From positions 23,133 through 87,132 of the forward strand of contig JAAOMT010000025.1 in the NCBI GenBank assembly GCA_016748015.1: 64,000 nt of DNA. The letters are read 5' to 3'. The position numbers were made by a program, and so were the translations under genes. Each line of letters opens with the position of its first letter. Position 1 is the stretch's first letter. This stretch comes from Geosiphon pyriformis uo1. Lineage: Eukaryota > Fungi > Glomeromycota. The notes below the pieces were generated by a model. It was not told the origin of the DNA, made no database searches, and saw only the letters and a program-made list of their open reading frames with translations. This document shows, piece by piece, positions 51,501 to 64,000 of this stretch.

Positions 51501-53239
51501 CATCAGAACACCCTTCCACTCATAAGGTTTAGGATCATCGAGACCCATGCTTCCTTTCAGAGATTGGGCACTGATTCACTAGACAAACAAGAGTTCAAAA
51601 GCACCAACAACATATCTAAAACCGACCTATTACAGTGTTTCTAAAGCTCATTAGAAATACCTGACAAGTCAGCCACTTTACCATCTGGAAGATTAGAAAC
51701 CACCTTAAAAAATTCATCGTACCCGATCAAACACATAATGCCAGAAAAAGCTTCATCAAAAACATGTTCCAATGGCTAATATTGGTAGCACCATTTATCC
51801 AAGATATCATTAACCACATGACACTTCCTAGTCCAACCTTCCATGACCATATCCATCTTAAACTTAACCAGATCAGGTTCCAGAATCAATTCATTGTTAA
51901 CCACCAAATGATCCAACACAACTTTACGAAATGAATGCTCTAACATGCTTCTTATTGTATGACCTTTATTTACTTCAAAGCTTTCTATCCTCCTGTCTAT
52001 GGCAGATCTGATGTTTGCCTTTTTAGTGTGCTAAGACTCAGTGAGCTTGGATGCCTAATAGGATTTCCTAACACCTAGAAGAGTAGAACAAACATAACCA
52101 GAGCCCATACCAGAGTTCACCAGATACTAAATAATTGAAGCCTTAATACTGTCCAGAAAAGCCCAACACTTTATGAGAGAATCAAAATCCACAGCACACC
52201 TCATACAAGACATCTTAATAATCTTTAAAACCAGAAGTTCTAACTTGTGAAATCTCAAAGACTCTTTGGTAAAGACATCATCAAATTCCTTAAACCATTT
52301 TTTTTTGAACACTTCATTAGCTGAAAGAGTTATTATCTTGCAAACAACATCCCACATTGCATCTAAATCTGAAAACCTTGCAGAAGCAGCAAATTTATCT
52401 GAAAACATTGTCACATTAGCCAACATGGCACACTTAAAATCGATCTATTTATCTTCATTAGCACCCTTAAAATTGAACTTCCATCTGTCTCTGTTCACTC
52501 ATTTGTGAAAAAAAATCAACTGCATATCCAAAAGTCTATCTAGATCTAAAGACACTGAAACAGCCTGATAATCTGTGTCAAAATGTCCACTAACTCCTGA
52601 AACATCATAATGAACTATCACATTGACCAGGTTTGAAGAAACAAACACAAAATCAATTGTTTTCCTGACACCCCTGGAATTCTTCCAAGTGGGCATTTTT
52701 ACAGCTGGGCTTCCAGCCAAAGAGTTAACCAATCACAAATCAAGGCACTTCTTGAAACTTGCACACTTATAAGAATCATCTTCATTGAAATTGCCACCAA
52801 GAATGACAAAAGAAGATTCGTTGACAGATTTTGCAATGAGAAAGTTGATTTTGCCAGCCTGAGAGAAACAAACCATCGATGAAGCACCAGCGTAGAGCCC
52901 CAAAATTGACACAGAAAGTTTATTCTTGAAAAGTAACTTAATGGAGAGAAGCCAACAAGGCACCTCAGAAACTTTACATACATGTTTAGCCAAGGAAGAG
53001 TTTATGACAATTACAACACCAGCATCCAGATGTTCAGATTTCAATTCAGAAGTGAACACCCAAACACCATCAAATTTGTCAGCAATCCAGGGGCAAACCT
53101 TTCCTTTTAGCTTAGATTCTGGAAAAATAGAAACCAAATTGTCTATGTTCTTATGCCAACAAATGACATCATCCTATTTTGCAGGATTATTCATCTCTCT
53201 AATATTGCATGTGGCAATCTTCCAAACAAGCTTATTTAT
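48552..53239 (-). pseudogene. LINE C ORF2: APE endonuclease, RT, RNase H, Cys/His motif
   Basis: IATCNIR, ILGGNFN, TIDFVFVS...TDY (APE); QDMRKAYNSV, QGEVFSPLLW, AFVDN (RT); VYTDES...LQAI...SDSQAA...KGHSG (RNase H); CLYCGEIKVLDHIFFC. Confidence 0.95.
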
Positions 53240-55083
53240 TGAAAAGGAAGTTGAAAGTTCACACTGCCAGCCAAAACCAAACTTTCAAAACAAGCAGACA
53301 AGCTTAACACAGATTTGGAAAGACTCTCTAACATATTTTCTAACTTGATAACTTGAGAAAACATTAATAAGTCCACAATTATAGCAGTCTCATCACTAAT
53401 GGTCTTACCCAAACCTGTTCTCATCACTATATCACCCTCCAGATTCTGTAATGGAAGGGTCACCAGCAGCTGACATCCAAGGCTAGGCTGAGAAACTGCT
53501 GGCATGAGTGAATCCAACCTCTTAGCCAACTTACCAATTTGTCTCACGAGACTGACAAGACTGCTTTCAATACTAATTAGATGTTTTTCCAATTTATCTA
53601 CAACAGAAGAAAGAGGTTCACTATTAACAATAGAACCAAATTGTAACTTGCTACCAAAGGGGAGGGGAGCAGAAGAAGCACCAGCAACCAATGCCCAAGT
53701 TTTACCACCGAATGCCAGGGGACAAGAGATGAGAGCAGATTTCTTTGTGTAAATTCTCGCCAACCTGAGCTGGTCCTGAGCCGAAAAGAGAGTCTTTTTG
53801 CCACTCAAAAACACAGTATTCTTGACAGACCTACAACTAAGAAATGTATGACCAAAATTCTTGCAAACTACACACAATGCCAAAGAAAGATGAGACCAGC
53901 AGAGACCAACATCCTTTATAACTGGAGTCACTGCCATTGCATTAACCAAATCCAATTCAGAACTAAAACACACAGAAACACAGCAGGCACAAGAATAGTT
54001 TGAGAGATTGCAATCAATGAAGCAAGTTTTCCCACCAATAGAACCAATAAAGTCTCACAAATCATGAGCTGTGGTTCCCACAGGAAAAGTATATAGCAAA
54101 GCCCTAAAACTATCTCTGGCATTCTATGATTGTTTGTTGATATCAGCCTTGGCCACACAAACTGCATCTTTTCCAATGAGGATAGACCACTTAGAAGCCA
54201 ATAAATCAGCTTGTGTTTGATCTTCTAATTTGATGATTGCCTTTTGCTACAAACCCACCAACTGCATTTTGATTGCTTTAATCTTCTCAAATTCAGACAC
54301 TGCAGCATGCACAGCCTCCACAAAAGTTCCCACAGGAATTTTCTTCAACACAATAGCCCAATTCATACGATTGTTGCTAGGGCGCCTGAAATTGGTGTTT
54401 ACTATAACACCACAATCATTAGCTAGATTTGTCACAGCCATTATTGCCTTTTTAAAAGAGAATGTCATTCGGATAATTCCACCAAATTTTGAGGGGGTGG
54501 AGGCCCCCCCAAAACCATTCACACTAGAGAAAATTTTTCTAATGAAGCCCAACTTTTCCTGAGAGAATTTTTCAGAAACAGCCACAAGATCAATGTCCAA
54601 AGCAAAAGACTTGTGAATAGAAACTTGAACAGAAGACTTGAGTGGAAGGGGAGGTGGAAGGAGGATAGACTCATTTAACATATTATTATTATTATCACTT
54701 TTCTTACTGAAATCAATCGTGCCCAAAGGCTTTTCAAGAGTGCACTTTATGACTATCCTTTTGGGACCTTTGGGTGTTATCTCAACATTATTGTCATTAG
54801 ACTCTCCTTTACTTTCTAGTTGAAAGCTAATCTCCTCTACCAAGTACTTCTTTTCCATGTTAACATTTTCTGACTCAGTAGTATCCCTACAATCTTGGTT
54901 AACCAAAACATTAGATGTGCTACCAGTAGAAATACCAACCACTTTGAGGGGTTTTTCCAACAAACCACCTTTGCACTTTTTTCTAGAAAATGAATCAACA
55001 ACAACAGAACTGAAAATCAACTTCTTCTTGGACTCTTTTATAACAGAAATACCACCACAGTCGGCAGCTTTGTATTCGAACAA
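53236..55083 (-). pseudogene. LINE C ORF1 (RRM-like domains, CxxCxxxGHxxxxC knuckle, coiled coil)
   Basis: ORFs 54247..55083 and 53236..53973; CVVCKNFGHTFLSC; heptad segment LEKHLISIESSLVSLVRQIGKLAKRL. Confidence 0.85.
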
Positions 55084-56054
55084 AAAAAGTTTTGTAGTAT
55101 CTAACTGAATAGCAAAAGAAAATAGAGGTGGTAAAAACTACTTTCAAAATTTGCACTTTTTTGGGGAATTTAAGACATAGGAGAAAAAGAGTTTTTTAAT
55201 TTTTTTTTTATTTAAATATTAATTTAATTTTTATTTTAAACATTATATATTTAAGTTTTAATAACTTTATTATTACTTTTATATTAATACTTTATATTTT
55301 TACAAAATTTTTATTTTTATTAAATAAATTTTTTATTTTTTATTATTAAAAAACATATATTATAGTTTTTATAAATTTTTAAACAATAAAACAATAAAAC
55401 AATAATATTAATAATATTTTTAAATTAAAAATTTTTTTAATATTTAAACTATTTTTAAAAATAAAATTTCTGTTTTTGTTATATTTTTATTATTATTTTA
55501 TAAGATAATAATTTTTTTGTCTTAAATTTAATAGCTATTATTAATAATACTATAATTAAAAAAAGTTATAAATAGAACTATTTATGGTTTTATAAATAAT
55601 ATTTTTAGACAAAATTTAAAGATTTGGTTAAAAATATTAAAAACTTAGATAATAAAATAAATTTAATTTGAAAAATACTTTTAAATAATATTTGTATTAA
55701 ATAATTTAAAAATATAAAAAGTAATTTTGCAAAAATAATAAAATTTTTTTAAATACTAAATAAAAAACACATAATAAAAGTAAAATTTTATTATACTTTT
55801 AATTAAATACTTTAAAACTAAAAAAATAAATACAAATAAAATAATAGTTTTTTTATTTTTATATTTTATTGCTTTAAGATTTAAATAATTAAATCTAAAA
55901 GTTTTTATTAAAAAAATTTAATTTTAAATATTAATTTATTAATAATTGTCAAAAAATTATTTTTTATAATAAATAATTTTAAAAGACTATTATTTTTTTA
56001 AAAGTTTAAAAAATTATATACAAAATAATAATAATAGAAACAAATACAATAAAA

Positions 56055-57282
56055 CTTCTTTTTTTTCTATATCTAAAATTTCTTAAAAAGCACTTTTCTA
56101 AAAAAAAGTTTTAATTTTTCTTGTTGTTTTTTTTTCAATATTTCTTTAATTAATAATCTTTTTGTTATAATTTTGGAGACTGTTTCAAGTAGTAATATGT
56201 CTAAAAAAAAACATCTAAAAGTGTTTTTTATGGTTTTACTGATGGCTTTTTTTTTTAGAAAAAGAAAATTGTTTTTAAAAATGTAAAACACTTTGGTAAT
56301 GAAAAAAATATCTCTTTGGTCAAGTCTGAGTTTGACAATAGTGTGTATTCTGATGTGGACAGTATGTTTAATAATAATAAAGACAATAATATAGCTGGTG
56401 TTAATAGTGGGTTTTTTCTAAATTCAGCTGTGACTATTTCTAAAGCAAAAAAAATGGTTACTGGTTTGAATTGTGGTTCTCTTTTTGGCTCTATTAGTTT
56501 TAATATAAATAAGAAAATTGGGCTCCTTCTACTTTCTCTTGATATCTCTTTGGATAAAAAATGAGTGAATTCTAAAGTAATAAAAACTCAAGTAGAAGTA
56601 TTTGTTAGGAAATTATTTGCTTTGAATATTAATTTCTCTGCAATAAAAGACAAATTAGCAACAGCAAAAACTTAGTTAATAAAAAAATTGTTTTTAACTA
56701 TCATAATTTTGAGAGAGCCACTACTCTTTCAAAATTTGAAAAATCATTAAATTTACCTTTATTTTAGAAGCAAGCATAGAAAAAGCCACATTATTGGCCA
56801 GAGAAAAGAAGATTAATGTAAATAGCAATTTCAAGAAACAAAGAATATGCTCAGATTAGACTGTAATCATTAAGGAAATTTTTATAAATATGCCAAAAAA
56901 AATGATTATTGTTACAGTATTTGAGTTTGGTCAAATTGTGTCTATTAAAATTCAGTTTATTGAAATATAGCAGAAGACTGTGGTAGAATTTGCTAAATCA
57001 GATCAAGTAAATTAACTGGTAACAAAATAGTCATTCTTAATTAAGAAAAACTCAATGCATGTATCTAAAACTGTAAAAAATTAAGAAACTTAGATGTTTA
57101 GAGATTGGTTTAGAATGTTTTTGTTTATCTTGTTTGTAAAAATAACTGTTTATAATTTGGATACTCTTTTGAAAGGAGCTAGTAAGAAAACATGTGTCAT
57201 TAATTACTTACTTAAGACTGACAACTGGGTCCACTGTGGTTGGTTTTGAATCTGATAAAAATCTAGAATCTGTCTTTTGTAC
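56055..57282 (+). mobile_element. LINE copy D, 5' end and ORF1 fragment, cut by the Gypsy-4 insertion
   Basis: Conserved 5' motif and ATG at 56197 (MSKKK...). Collinear with LINE B ORF1 up to the TGTTAC at 57283. Confidence 0.85.
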
Positions 57283-58127
57283 TGTTACAAATGATTATTT
57301 AGGATCTCAAGTAAAATAACAAATCCGTAATTTGGTGTTTGGTTGGTATTTTGGTGTTGAAATCTGAAGGTTTTGTTGTGGAGTTCTTTGTATAATAGAC
57401 AGAAATTTAATAATTGTTTTCAGTAGTCTTCCGGAATCACAATTCCGTCGAATTTTTTTCTTAGTATGGTGGCCAGTAATTTTTTTGGTAAGCTATTCTC
57501 AAATCTATGAGTGTTCTACCTTTGTTTCACAGGTCTTTTACCAGTTCCTATGATGTCTGTATCTCAACGCTTAATCCTTAATCAATTTAGTAAAACCAAA
57601 AAAATAACAAAAAGAAAATAAAAAAAATAAAAAAATAACCAAAAGCAATTGCAAGTTAGTATCTCGTCAATAGCCATAATCAAAAGCTATTGTTTTAGTG
57701 TGGTTAAATATCAGTTACTATTAACATGAAGTGTTGATAGTAGAGAGTGAATTGAAATGGTGAATAATTATTTATTGATATTTGTGATATGGAAGGTTTT
57801 TAACTGATGGATTCTGTTCTTTTTACTTTTAACACTACTGCTATATATACATAATTTGGATTTTATGAGATTGCTCATATTCTCGAGCAATGTGCTATAA
57901 TTTCTTAAGCAATGTTCACATTGCTGAGCAATGTGTCATATCTTCTTAACATTGCTCCACATTGCTGAGTGATATGCCATGATTTCTGATATTGCTCCAC
58001 ATTGCTAAGCAATGTGCCATGATTTCTGACATTGCTCCACATTGCTGAGCAATGTGATCACATGTTAACTACTACTCACTTATTGGTCTACTATTTTTCT
58101 ATATTTGTTTTCTTTTTATGAGTAATA
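57283..58127 (-). repeat. Gypsy-4 3' LTR
   Basis: TGTTAC...GTAATA. R/U5 is homologous to the Gypsy-1 and Gypsy-2 LTRs, but the U3 repeat array is different. Confidence 0.9.
57870..58060. repeat. 40-bp tandem repeat containing the palindrome CACATTGCT-G-AGCAATGTG, in the LTR U3
   Basis: Units acattgctccacattgctgagcaatgtgccatgatttctg start at 57949, 57989 and 58029, with degenerate units upstream. Confidence 0.9.
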
Positions 58128-61100
58128 TTATCTTCTCCTTTTTAATATTGAGCTCTGTCAAAATCTTCATTTTGAATTAATTCTAATACTTTTTTTCAAG
58201 TATTGTTTGTTCGACTCTGTTTCTTATGTCTTCTACTTGTGTATTGTTCATTCTTTTTCATTGGTTAATGGTTATGGTTTCTATGTTAGAGTGTAACAGT
58301 ATTTTTGGATAGTTCCGAAATTTGTTGTGTAGTTGGTACATTGTTTTAACATGTAATGTTGAATTTGTTTTCTTTCCAATAAATTCTTCAATTTGTTGTA
58401 TTATGTCTTGGTTGAATATTCTCTTGGATTTGTCAATATACAACTCCTGAATATTCAACTTTTGATCTAACTGGTAATAGCAATATGATATTGGAAGTTG
58501 TTCTGTCCATTGCTTCCAATTTTCTTTTGTAAGCTCTTCTGTTGGTGCCATAACAGGTATTTTCCCAAAAGTGTTTTTCACTTTTTTTATTAAGTTATTT
58601 GTCCAGTTTTTATTGTTCTTTAGTAATCACTGATATGATGTATTTTTTGTTTTTCTTTTGGTGTTTTGATAGCAAATTGTTTGATTGTTAACAATAATTT
58701 CTATGTTTAAAGATTGTTGACTTAAGGCTTGGAATAATTGTTGAGCTATGATGTGAATATGATCTGGTATTTCCATTTTTTTTGGTTGCTTTTGTTATGT
58801 ATATTGTGTCTTTTATATGCTCTTTTATTGTTCAATTTTATGTGTTTGGTCCAATGATTATGATTGGTTTCAGATCTTGTGGAATTTTATCTGGTTGTAC
58901 TAGTATTTGTTGTATTCACAATTGTGGAATGTTATTGGTAGATGATAATGCTATTTGGTGATATGGTTTTAGTCAATCACCATGTGTTGCTTTGGCTAAA
59001 ATTTTATTGTTCTATCTTAATTTATAAGCTCCATTTCCAAGAATTTCTTCTATGTGAAATGGTCTGTTTCATTTGATGTCAAATTTTCCATTCTATTGTT
59101 TTTCTGCTTTGGTACGATGTAATAGTACTTTGTCTCCAATCTTGAATTCAATTGGTTTATCTAGTAGTTGGTTATTGTGTCATTCTTTTTGCTTTTCTTG
59201 TGATTTTTGTATGTTGTTAGCTGCTTTTTATTGTCTGTTTTTCAAAGTTTCTATTAAGTCATATGTTCTTCTCAACAATGTTTCCTGAAAATTGTTTTCA
59301 ATTATTGGTTCTGTTGAATAAGTGGTGACTTCTATCTCAACTGGTAATGTTGTTGTTCTACCGTATACTAATTCAAATGGTGTTGTTTGTATGCTGTCTT
59401 GCTTCATTGTCTGATAAGCAAATAATACTGATGGTATGAACAAATCCCATTCATCCTGGTTTTTTTGACTAATCTTGGCAATTGCTTCACACAGTGTTTT
59501 ATTGAATCTTTTTATTAATCCATTGGTTTGTGGATAGTATAGTGATAACAGTGGTCTTTTGATTCCGAATCTTTGACTTAATTCTGTTAATGTTTTGTTC
59601 ACAAAGTAAGTTCTTTGATCTAATAGTAGTTCTTTTAGACATCCATGTTGACAAATCAAATTTTGATAAACAAATTTGGCAACGGATTTTGCATTTGTTC
59701 TTTGAATTGTTTTTGCTTCTGGCCATTTAATGAGATAGTCCATGACTACTGCAATATATCTGTTGCCTCTGCTGATAATTGTTAATGGTTCAACTAAGTC
59801 AATTCCAATTCAATTAAATGGTTGTCTCACTTTGATTGGTTTTAATGGTTCATTGGGTTTTGTTCCTTCTTTTCTCTGACAAGCATCACAATTTTGAACA
59901 TATTGAATGATGTTTGGATACATTAATGGCCAATAGTATTTTTTTCTAGTTCTTTCTATGGTTGCTTCTTTATGAAAATGTCCTGTTGTTGGATCTGAGT
60001 GCATGTTGAATAATATTGTTTCTTTCTCTGGTTCTGTGATTACTTTGATTGATTAATCTGAGTTCTTTCTGTTTTTCTAGTAAAGTATATTTTGATGATT
60101 GATAAAATATTTTGATTGTTGTTTTATGCTGTTTTGTTCTTTTTGAGATAATTTCTCCTTGAACAATTGAGTATTTATATAATGTTGAAGTTGTTGGTAT
60201 TTTTGTGTATTCATCTTTTGTTGTATTTTTGGGTTGAAATGTTTTTAAATTTGTCTTATTTGCGACAATTTCTTAGCATTTCTATTGTCTTTTTCTTTTT
60301 TATAATGTACTATATAATTGAATGATGAAAGTTCTATTTTTCATCTAGTATGGCAATCATCTCCGAATTCTTGTTTCTGGATTGAAATCAATCCCTTGTG
60401 ATTAGTATACACATCAAACTTTTGACTCAAGCATTCCTTCCACTTGATGACAGCCCAATAGATAGCTAAGTGCTCTAATGCTGAAGTACCATAGTTCTTT
60501 TCAGCTGGACTTAAACTTCTACTGGTATAAGCTACTGGATGTTTTCTTCTATTCAGTTCTTTCTGTAATAGTACTGCTCCCAATGCTTGGACAGATGCAT
60601 CAGTAGTGATGATAAATAGTTTGCTGTGATTTGGATACATCAATACTGGAGCTTGAATAAGCTTTTTTTTTAATATGTCAAAAGCTTCTTGTTGAGTTTT
60701 TGTCTATTCATACTTCACATTCTTTGTTTGGAGTTGGTGTAGTGGTTGAGCTATTTTGGAAAAGTCCTTAATAAAGTGGCAGTAATATCCAGCAAATCCC
60801 AAAAATGCTCTTAATTCCATGATATTATTTGGTACTAGAAAGTTCTTAACAATTTTAATTTTGTCTGAATCTGTTTTGATTCCATTTTTGCTTATGATAT
60901 GTTCCAAAAACTTGAATTCAGTTTTTCTAAAGAAACACTTGGTTGCATTTAGTTTCAATCCAGCTCTTCTTAGTCTCTTAAACACTTGTTAAAGATGATA
61001 TAGATGATCATTAAATGTTTTCAAGAACACATTGGTATTATCTAAGTATACAATTACTGATTTTCATAGTAATTCTATATATACAATTTCTATGAGCCAT

Positions 61101-62467
61101 TGTAATATTGCTGGAGCATTCATCAAGCCAAATGACATAACTTCAAATTCAAAATTTCCTTCTCTTGTTGTGAATGCAGTCTTTTTTTTGTCAGCTGGAT
61201 TCATGGCTACTTGCCAGTAACCACTGTTTAGATCTAATGTTGAGAACTATTTATTTCCTCCAAAAGCATCAAATAGTTCTTGAATCTTTGGAGTTAGATA
61301 GCTATTATTTTTAGTTACTTCATTCAGTTTCTGATAATCCACACAAAACCAAATTTTCCCATTCTTTTTCCAGATTAGTACCACTGGTAATAACCATGGG
61401 CTCATTGATGGCTGAATTAGCCTGTTGTCAAGCATTTGGTTAATTTCTTGATGAATGATTTCATGGCTAGCTGGTAGTACTCTGTATGCTCTTTGCTTGA
61501 TTGGCATTGCATCTTCAGTCTTAATCTGATGTTGGATAATATTGGCGCAGCCAAATTCATTTTTACTAGCAAAGATGTCTTTAAAATTGTTGAGTAACAT
61601 TCTTAGTTGCATTTGTTGGAGTAAGTCTAGATTTCCCATGTTTATCTGTTTCAGTTGTTCTTGTTGGAGCAGATAACATTCACTTCGTCCATAGATAGTT
61701 TGTGATGTGATGTCCACATATTCGCACAGTTGTGAAAAATCTAGAACCTGGTTTGGTGGTTGATCCTCAACTTGAGTGGTTAAATATTCAATGATAGTTC
61801 TCTTTGGTATTTCAATGACATTTCTGGTTGTGTTGTAGATAAGAATTTTGATGTTTTTGGGGCTTTTGGCTGATATGTAGAGATTAGTAAGTCTAATCTC
61901 TCCTGATTTGCAAATAGTGGCTTTTGTTTCAAACAGCTGAGCTTGATTCTTTACTTCTCTTTTTATAGCTAACATATACTGGTCATATGGTAGAATGGAA
62001 ATTGTTTGACGGGTTGAGATAATTTCTCCTTTGTCAACAATTTTTTTCTTTGCCATATTAACTAGTACATCTATTCTACCTGTGGATTCAAATCTTTATA
62101 TTCCTTTAGCAGTAATCCCTAATTTTTTTCTGTTTTCTACTGACACTAACTGAGCTATTTTCACTAGAAGTAGGAATATTGCCTGTGTTATCTTTTCATT
62201 TGGATCTATGATATATACTTTTTCTGAGTTATTTTGTAGCATAGCAATAATATTTTCTACGTATCCTGTGTCAATTATTCTTCCTCTGATGTTGATTCCC
62301 TTTTTTGCTAGGCTATTCTTAGATGCTAATTGAATTATTGTTGTTGCTAGAATTTCCAATGCTATCTTAAGATCAATACATGTATGCAAATGTGGTTCCA
62401 ATTTGATGAGATTTTTCCCCAGATATTTCAGATTAAATCTTGCATCAGTATCATGTGCACATTCTGA

Positions 62468-63597
62468 CCAAAAAAAACTAAGCTATAAATAAAACAATTT
62501 CCAATACAATACTGGTATTATCTGTTGGAACACAAACTAAATATCTAGAAGTTGTATATTAATAAATTCAAAAGAATATTTAATTAAAAGATAATACAAT
62601 AGATTAAAAATTTTACAACAAAAATCTTAACTGGAATAATAATTCTATCAAGAAGTCTCTGAGTTTCATCAATAGTTTTTGTCAAAAAAAAAATAGCAAG
62701 ATTAAATTCTGTATAGATTATCACCAACTTAACAGCATAATAATTAGAAATATATATCTTTTTCTAAAAATTGACAACATATTAGATGCTCTAAGAAAAA
62801 CCAAGTTCTTCTCACTTTAGACTTGAAAAGTAAATATTGACAAGTTAAAATAGATTCTAAAAATTGTTAAAAACAGCATTTACTATATAAAAAAAAAACT
62901 ATAAGTTTAATATTTTGCTTTTTGAACTCTGTAATACACCAGCAATATTTCAAAGACTTATAAATATTGTTTACAAAGAACTCTTATGGCAATTAATAGT
63001 TATTTATCTTGATAATATTAATATTTATTTTTTAACTTTTAAAACTTATTTAATCTACTATAAAAAGTTTTTCAATAATTATGAAAAGTAAGATTAAAGT
63101 TAAATATTGAGAAATTTTACATTAGAAAAACAAGCTTAATTTTTTTTGAATATATTGTTAACAAAAACAGAGTTCAATCCAATTTAAAAACAATTAATGC
63201 TGTTATAAACTTCTAAATTTTACATAATACTACCAAACTAAGAGAATTTATAGGATTAGTTTCTTATTACTGAAAATTTATTAGAGAATTCTCCAAAATT
63301 ACCAAACTGCTCAATTATCCAATCAACAAAAATATGCTGTATTAAAAGACCAATAAACAACAAAAAATGTTTGATACTTTCAAAAAAAGACTTATTACAG
63401 TCTTAATTTTAGTCTATTTGGATTTTAATAAAAAGTTTCAGCTAATCACTAATGCTTTACACACAGCTTTTGGTACTATTCTATTATAATTGAATAACAA
63501 TAACAATAAGCAAGTAATTATATATGCCAACAAAACACTTAAGCCAACAAAACTCAAATATAGCTTAACTAAATTAAAAACAGTAGCTGTTATCTGA
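62468..63597 (+). mobile_element. Highly degenerate Gypsy RT-RNase H fragment (closer to family B)
   Basis: KIKFCIDYHQLN, KIDNILDAL, VIYLDN, LITNALHTAFGTIL, ending KTAAVI*-like at an LTR junction. Confidence 0.8.
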
Positions 63598-64000
63598 TGT
63601 TACTTATAAAAATTAGAAATTATAGTAAATAAATAAAATAGCTAATCAAAAATAGGTATAATAAAAAAAAATTTCAAGATTCTTCTTAAAAAATTACAGG
63701 ATTTCAGAATTCTAAAATTTTAGAATTTTTCTTAAAAAATTTAAAAGAATTTCAGAAATTTTATATAACATAAATTATGTATATATAATAAAAATATTAG
63801 AAGCAAAAAAAGTAGTGCAGATATTCTAAAACATTTTAAAAAATAGTTTTCTATAACTTAAAATAAAATTATATTAATATCAATAAAATTATTTATTGTT
63901 ATTTAATTCATGTTATTATTACTTAATTAAAAAAATATTAAACAATTTCATACTATCAACATTCTATGTTAACAGAATCTAATATTTAACTATATTAAAC
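63598..64000 (+). repeat. Start of another family A-type LTR, inserted in the RNase H fragment
   Basis: TGTTAC start, GAATTC/GGATTTC repeat array, tatgtatatata, and tatcaataaa...tatcaaca motifs as in the Gypsy-1 LTR. Confidence 0.75.

Larger units (their letters stand above)
48430..55191 (-). mobile_element. LINE copy C, full length and uninterrupted; the best-preserved LINE
   Basis: Conserved 5' end, ORF1, ORF2, shared 3' UTR (about 48439-48551) and a poly-A tail (T-run on the + strand). Confidence 0.95.
57283..62466 (-). mobile_element. Gypsy-4, family A-related; 3' half only (dUTPase, RT, RNase H, integrase, ORF3, 3' LTR)
   Basis: pol 62466-60245 ends IRQI*; integrase runs from ATG 60214 to 58838; ORF3 about 58776-58142; PPT about 58128-58143; LTR 57283-58127. 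The element breaks off at the start of the dUTPase. Confidence 0.9.

Noticed and set aside
48400-55215. Target-site duplications of the LINEs and ORF1-only elements
   Set aside because: The flanks are low-complexity A/T runs, so apparent matches cannot be told from chance.
57870-58060. Palindromic repeats resembling a CRISPR array
   Set aside because: The units are contiguous tandem copies without unique spacers, lie inside an LTR U3, and there are no cas genes.
468-59726. Numerous short antisense or alternative-frame ORFs in the ORF track (for example 468..728, 12398..12784, 26714..27127, 50268..50609, 59499..59726)
   Set aside because: They overlap recognisable TE coding regions on the other strand or frame and show no motifs of their own.

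Overview
This is an AT-rich eukaryotic window made almost entirely of decayed, nested retrotransposons. The TE protein repertoire and a Crinkler-type gene suggest a Glomeromycotina fungus such as Geosiphon (my inference). It contains (i) four copies of an RNase H-bearing LINE (1-1445 +; 3504-30297 +, split by two LTR insertions; 48430-55191 -, full length; 56055-57282 +, 5' part). (ii) Two copies of an ORF1-only element that ends in the LINE's 3' tail, like HAL1 (30390-32673; 32791-44473, split by an LTR insertion). (iii) Three LTR-bounded and three partial Ty3/Gypsy elements with TGTTAC...GTAACA ends; 4-bp target duplications are visible for the three complete insertions. (iv) One pseudogenised CR/Crinkler-type NTPase+REase gene (about 45050-47865 -). 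The most unusual system is the Gypsy lineage. A single-frame Gag-protease-Cys-rich domain-dUTPase-RT-RNase H polyprotein stops right after RNase H, the integrase is a separate ORF with its own start codon and a conserved LEP[IV][IV][IV]I tail, and a conserved non-env ORF3 follows. All five LTR junctions seen lie inside other TEs. Repeats show pervasive C>T/G>A decay. There is a 959-nt assembly gap at 33239-34197.
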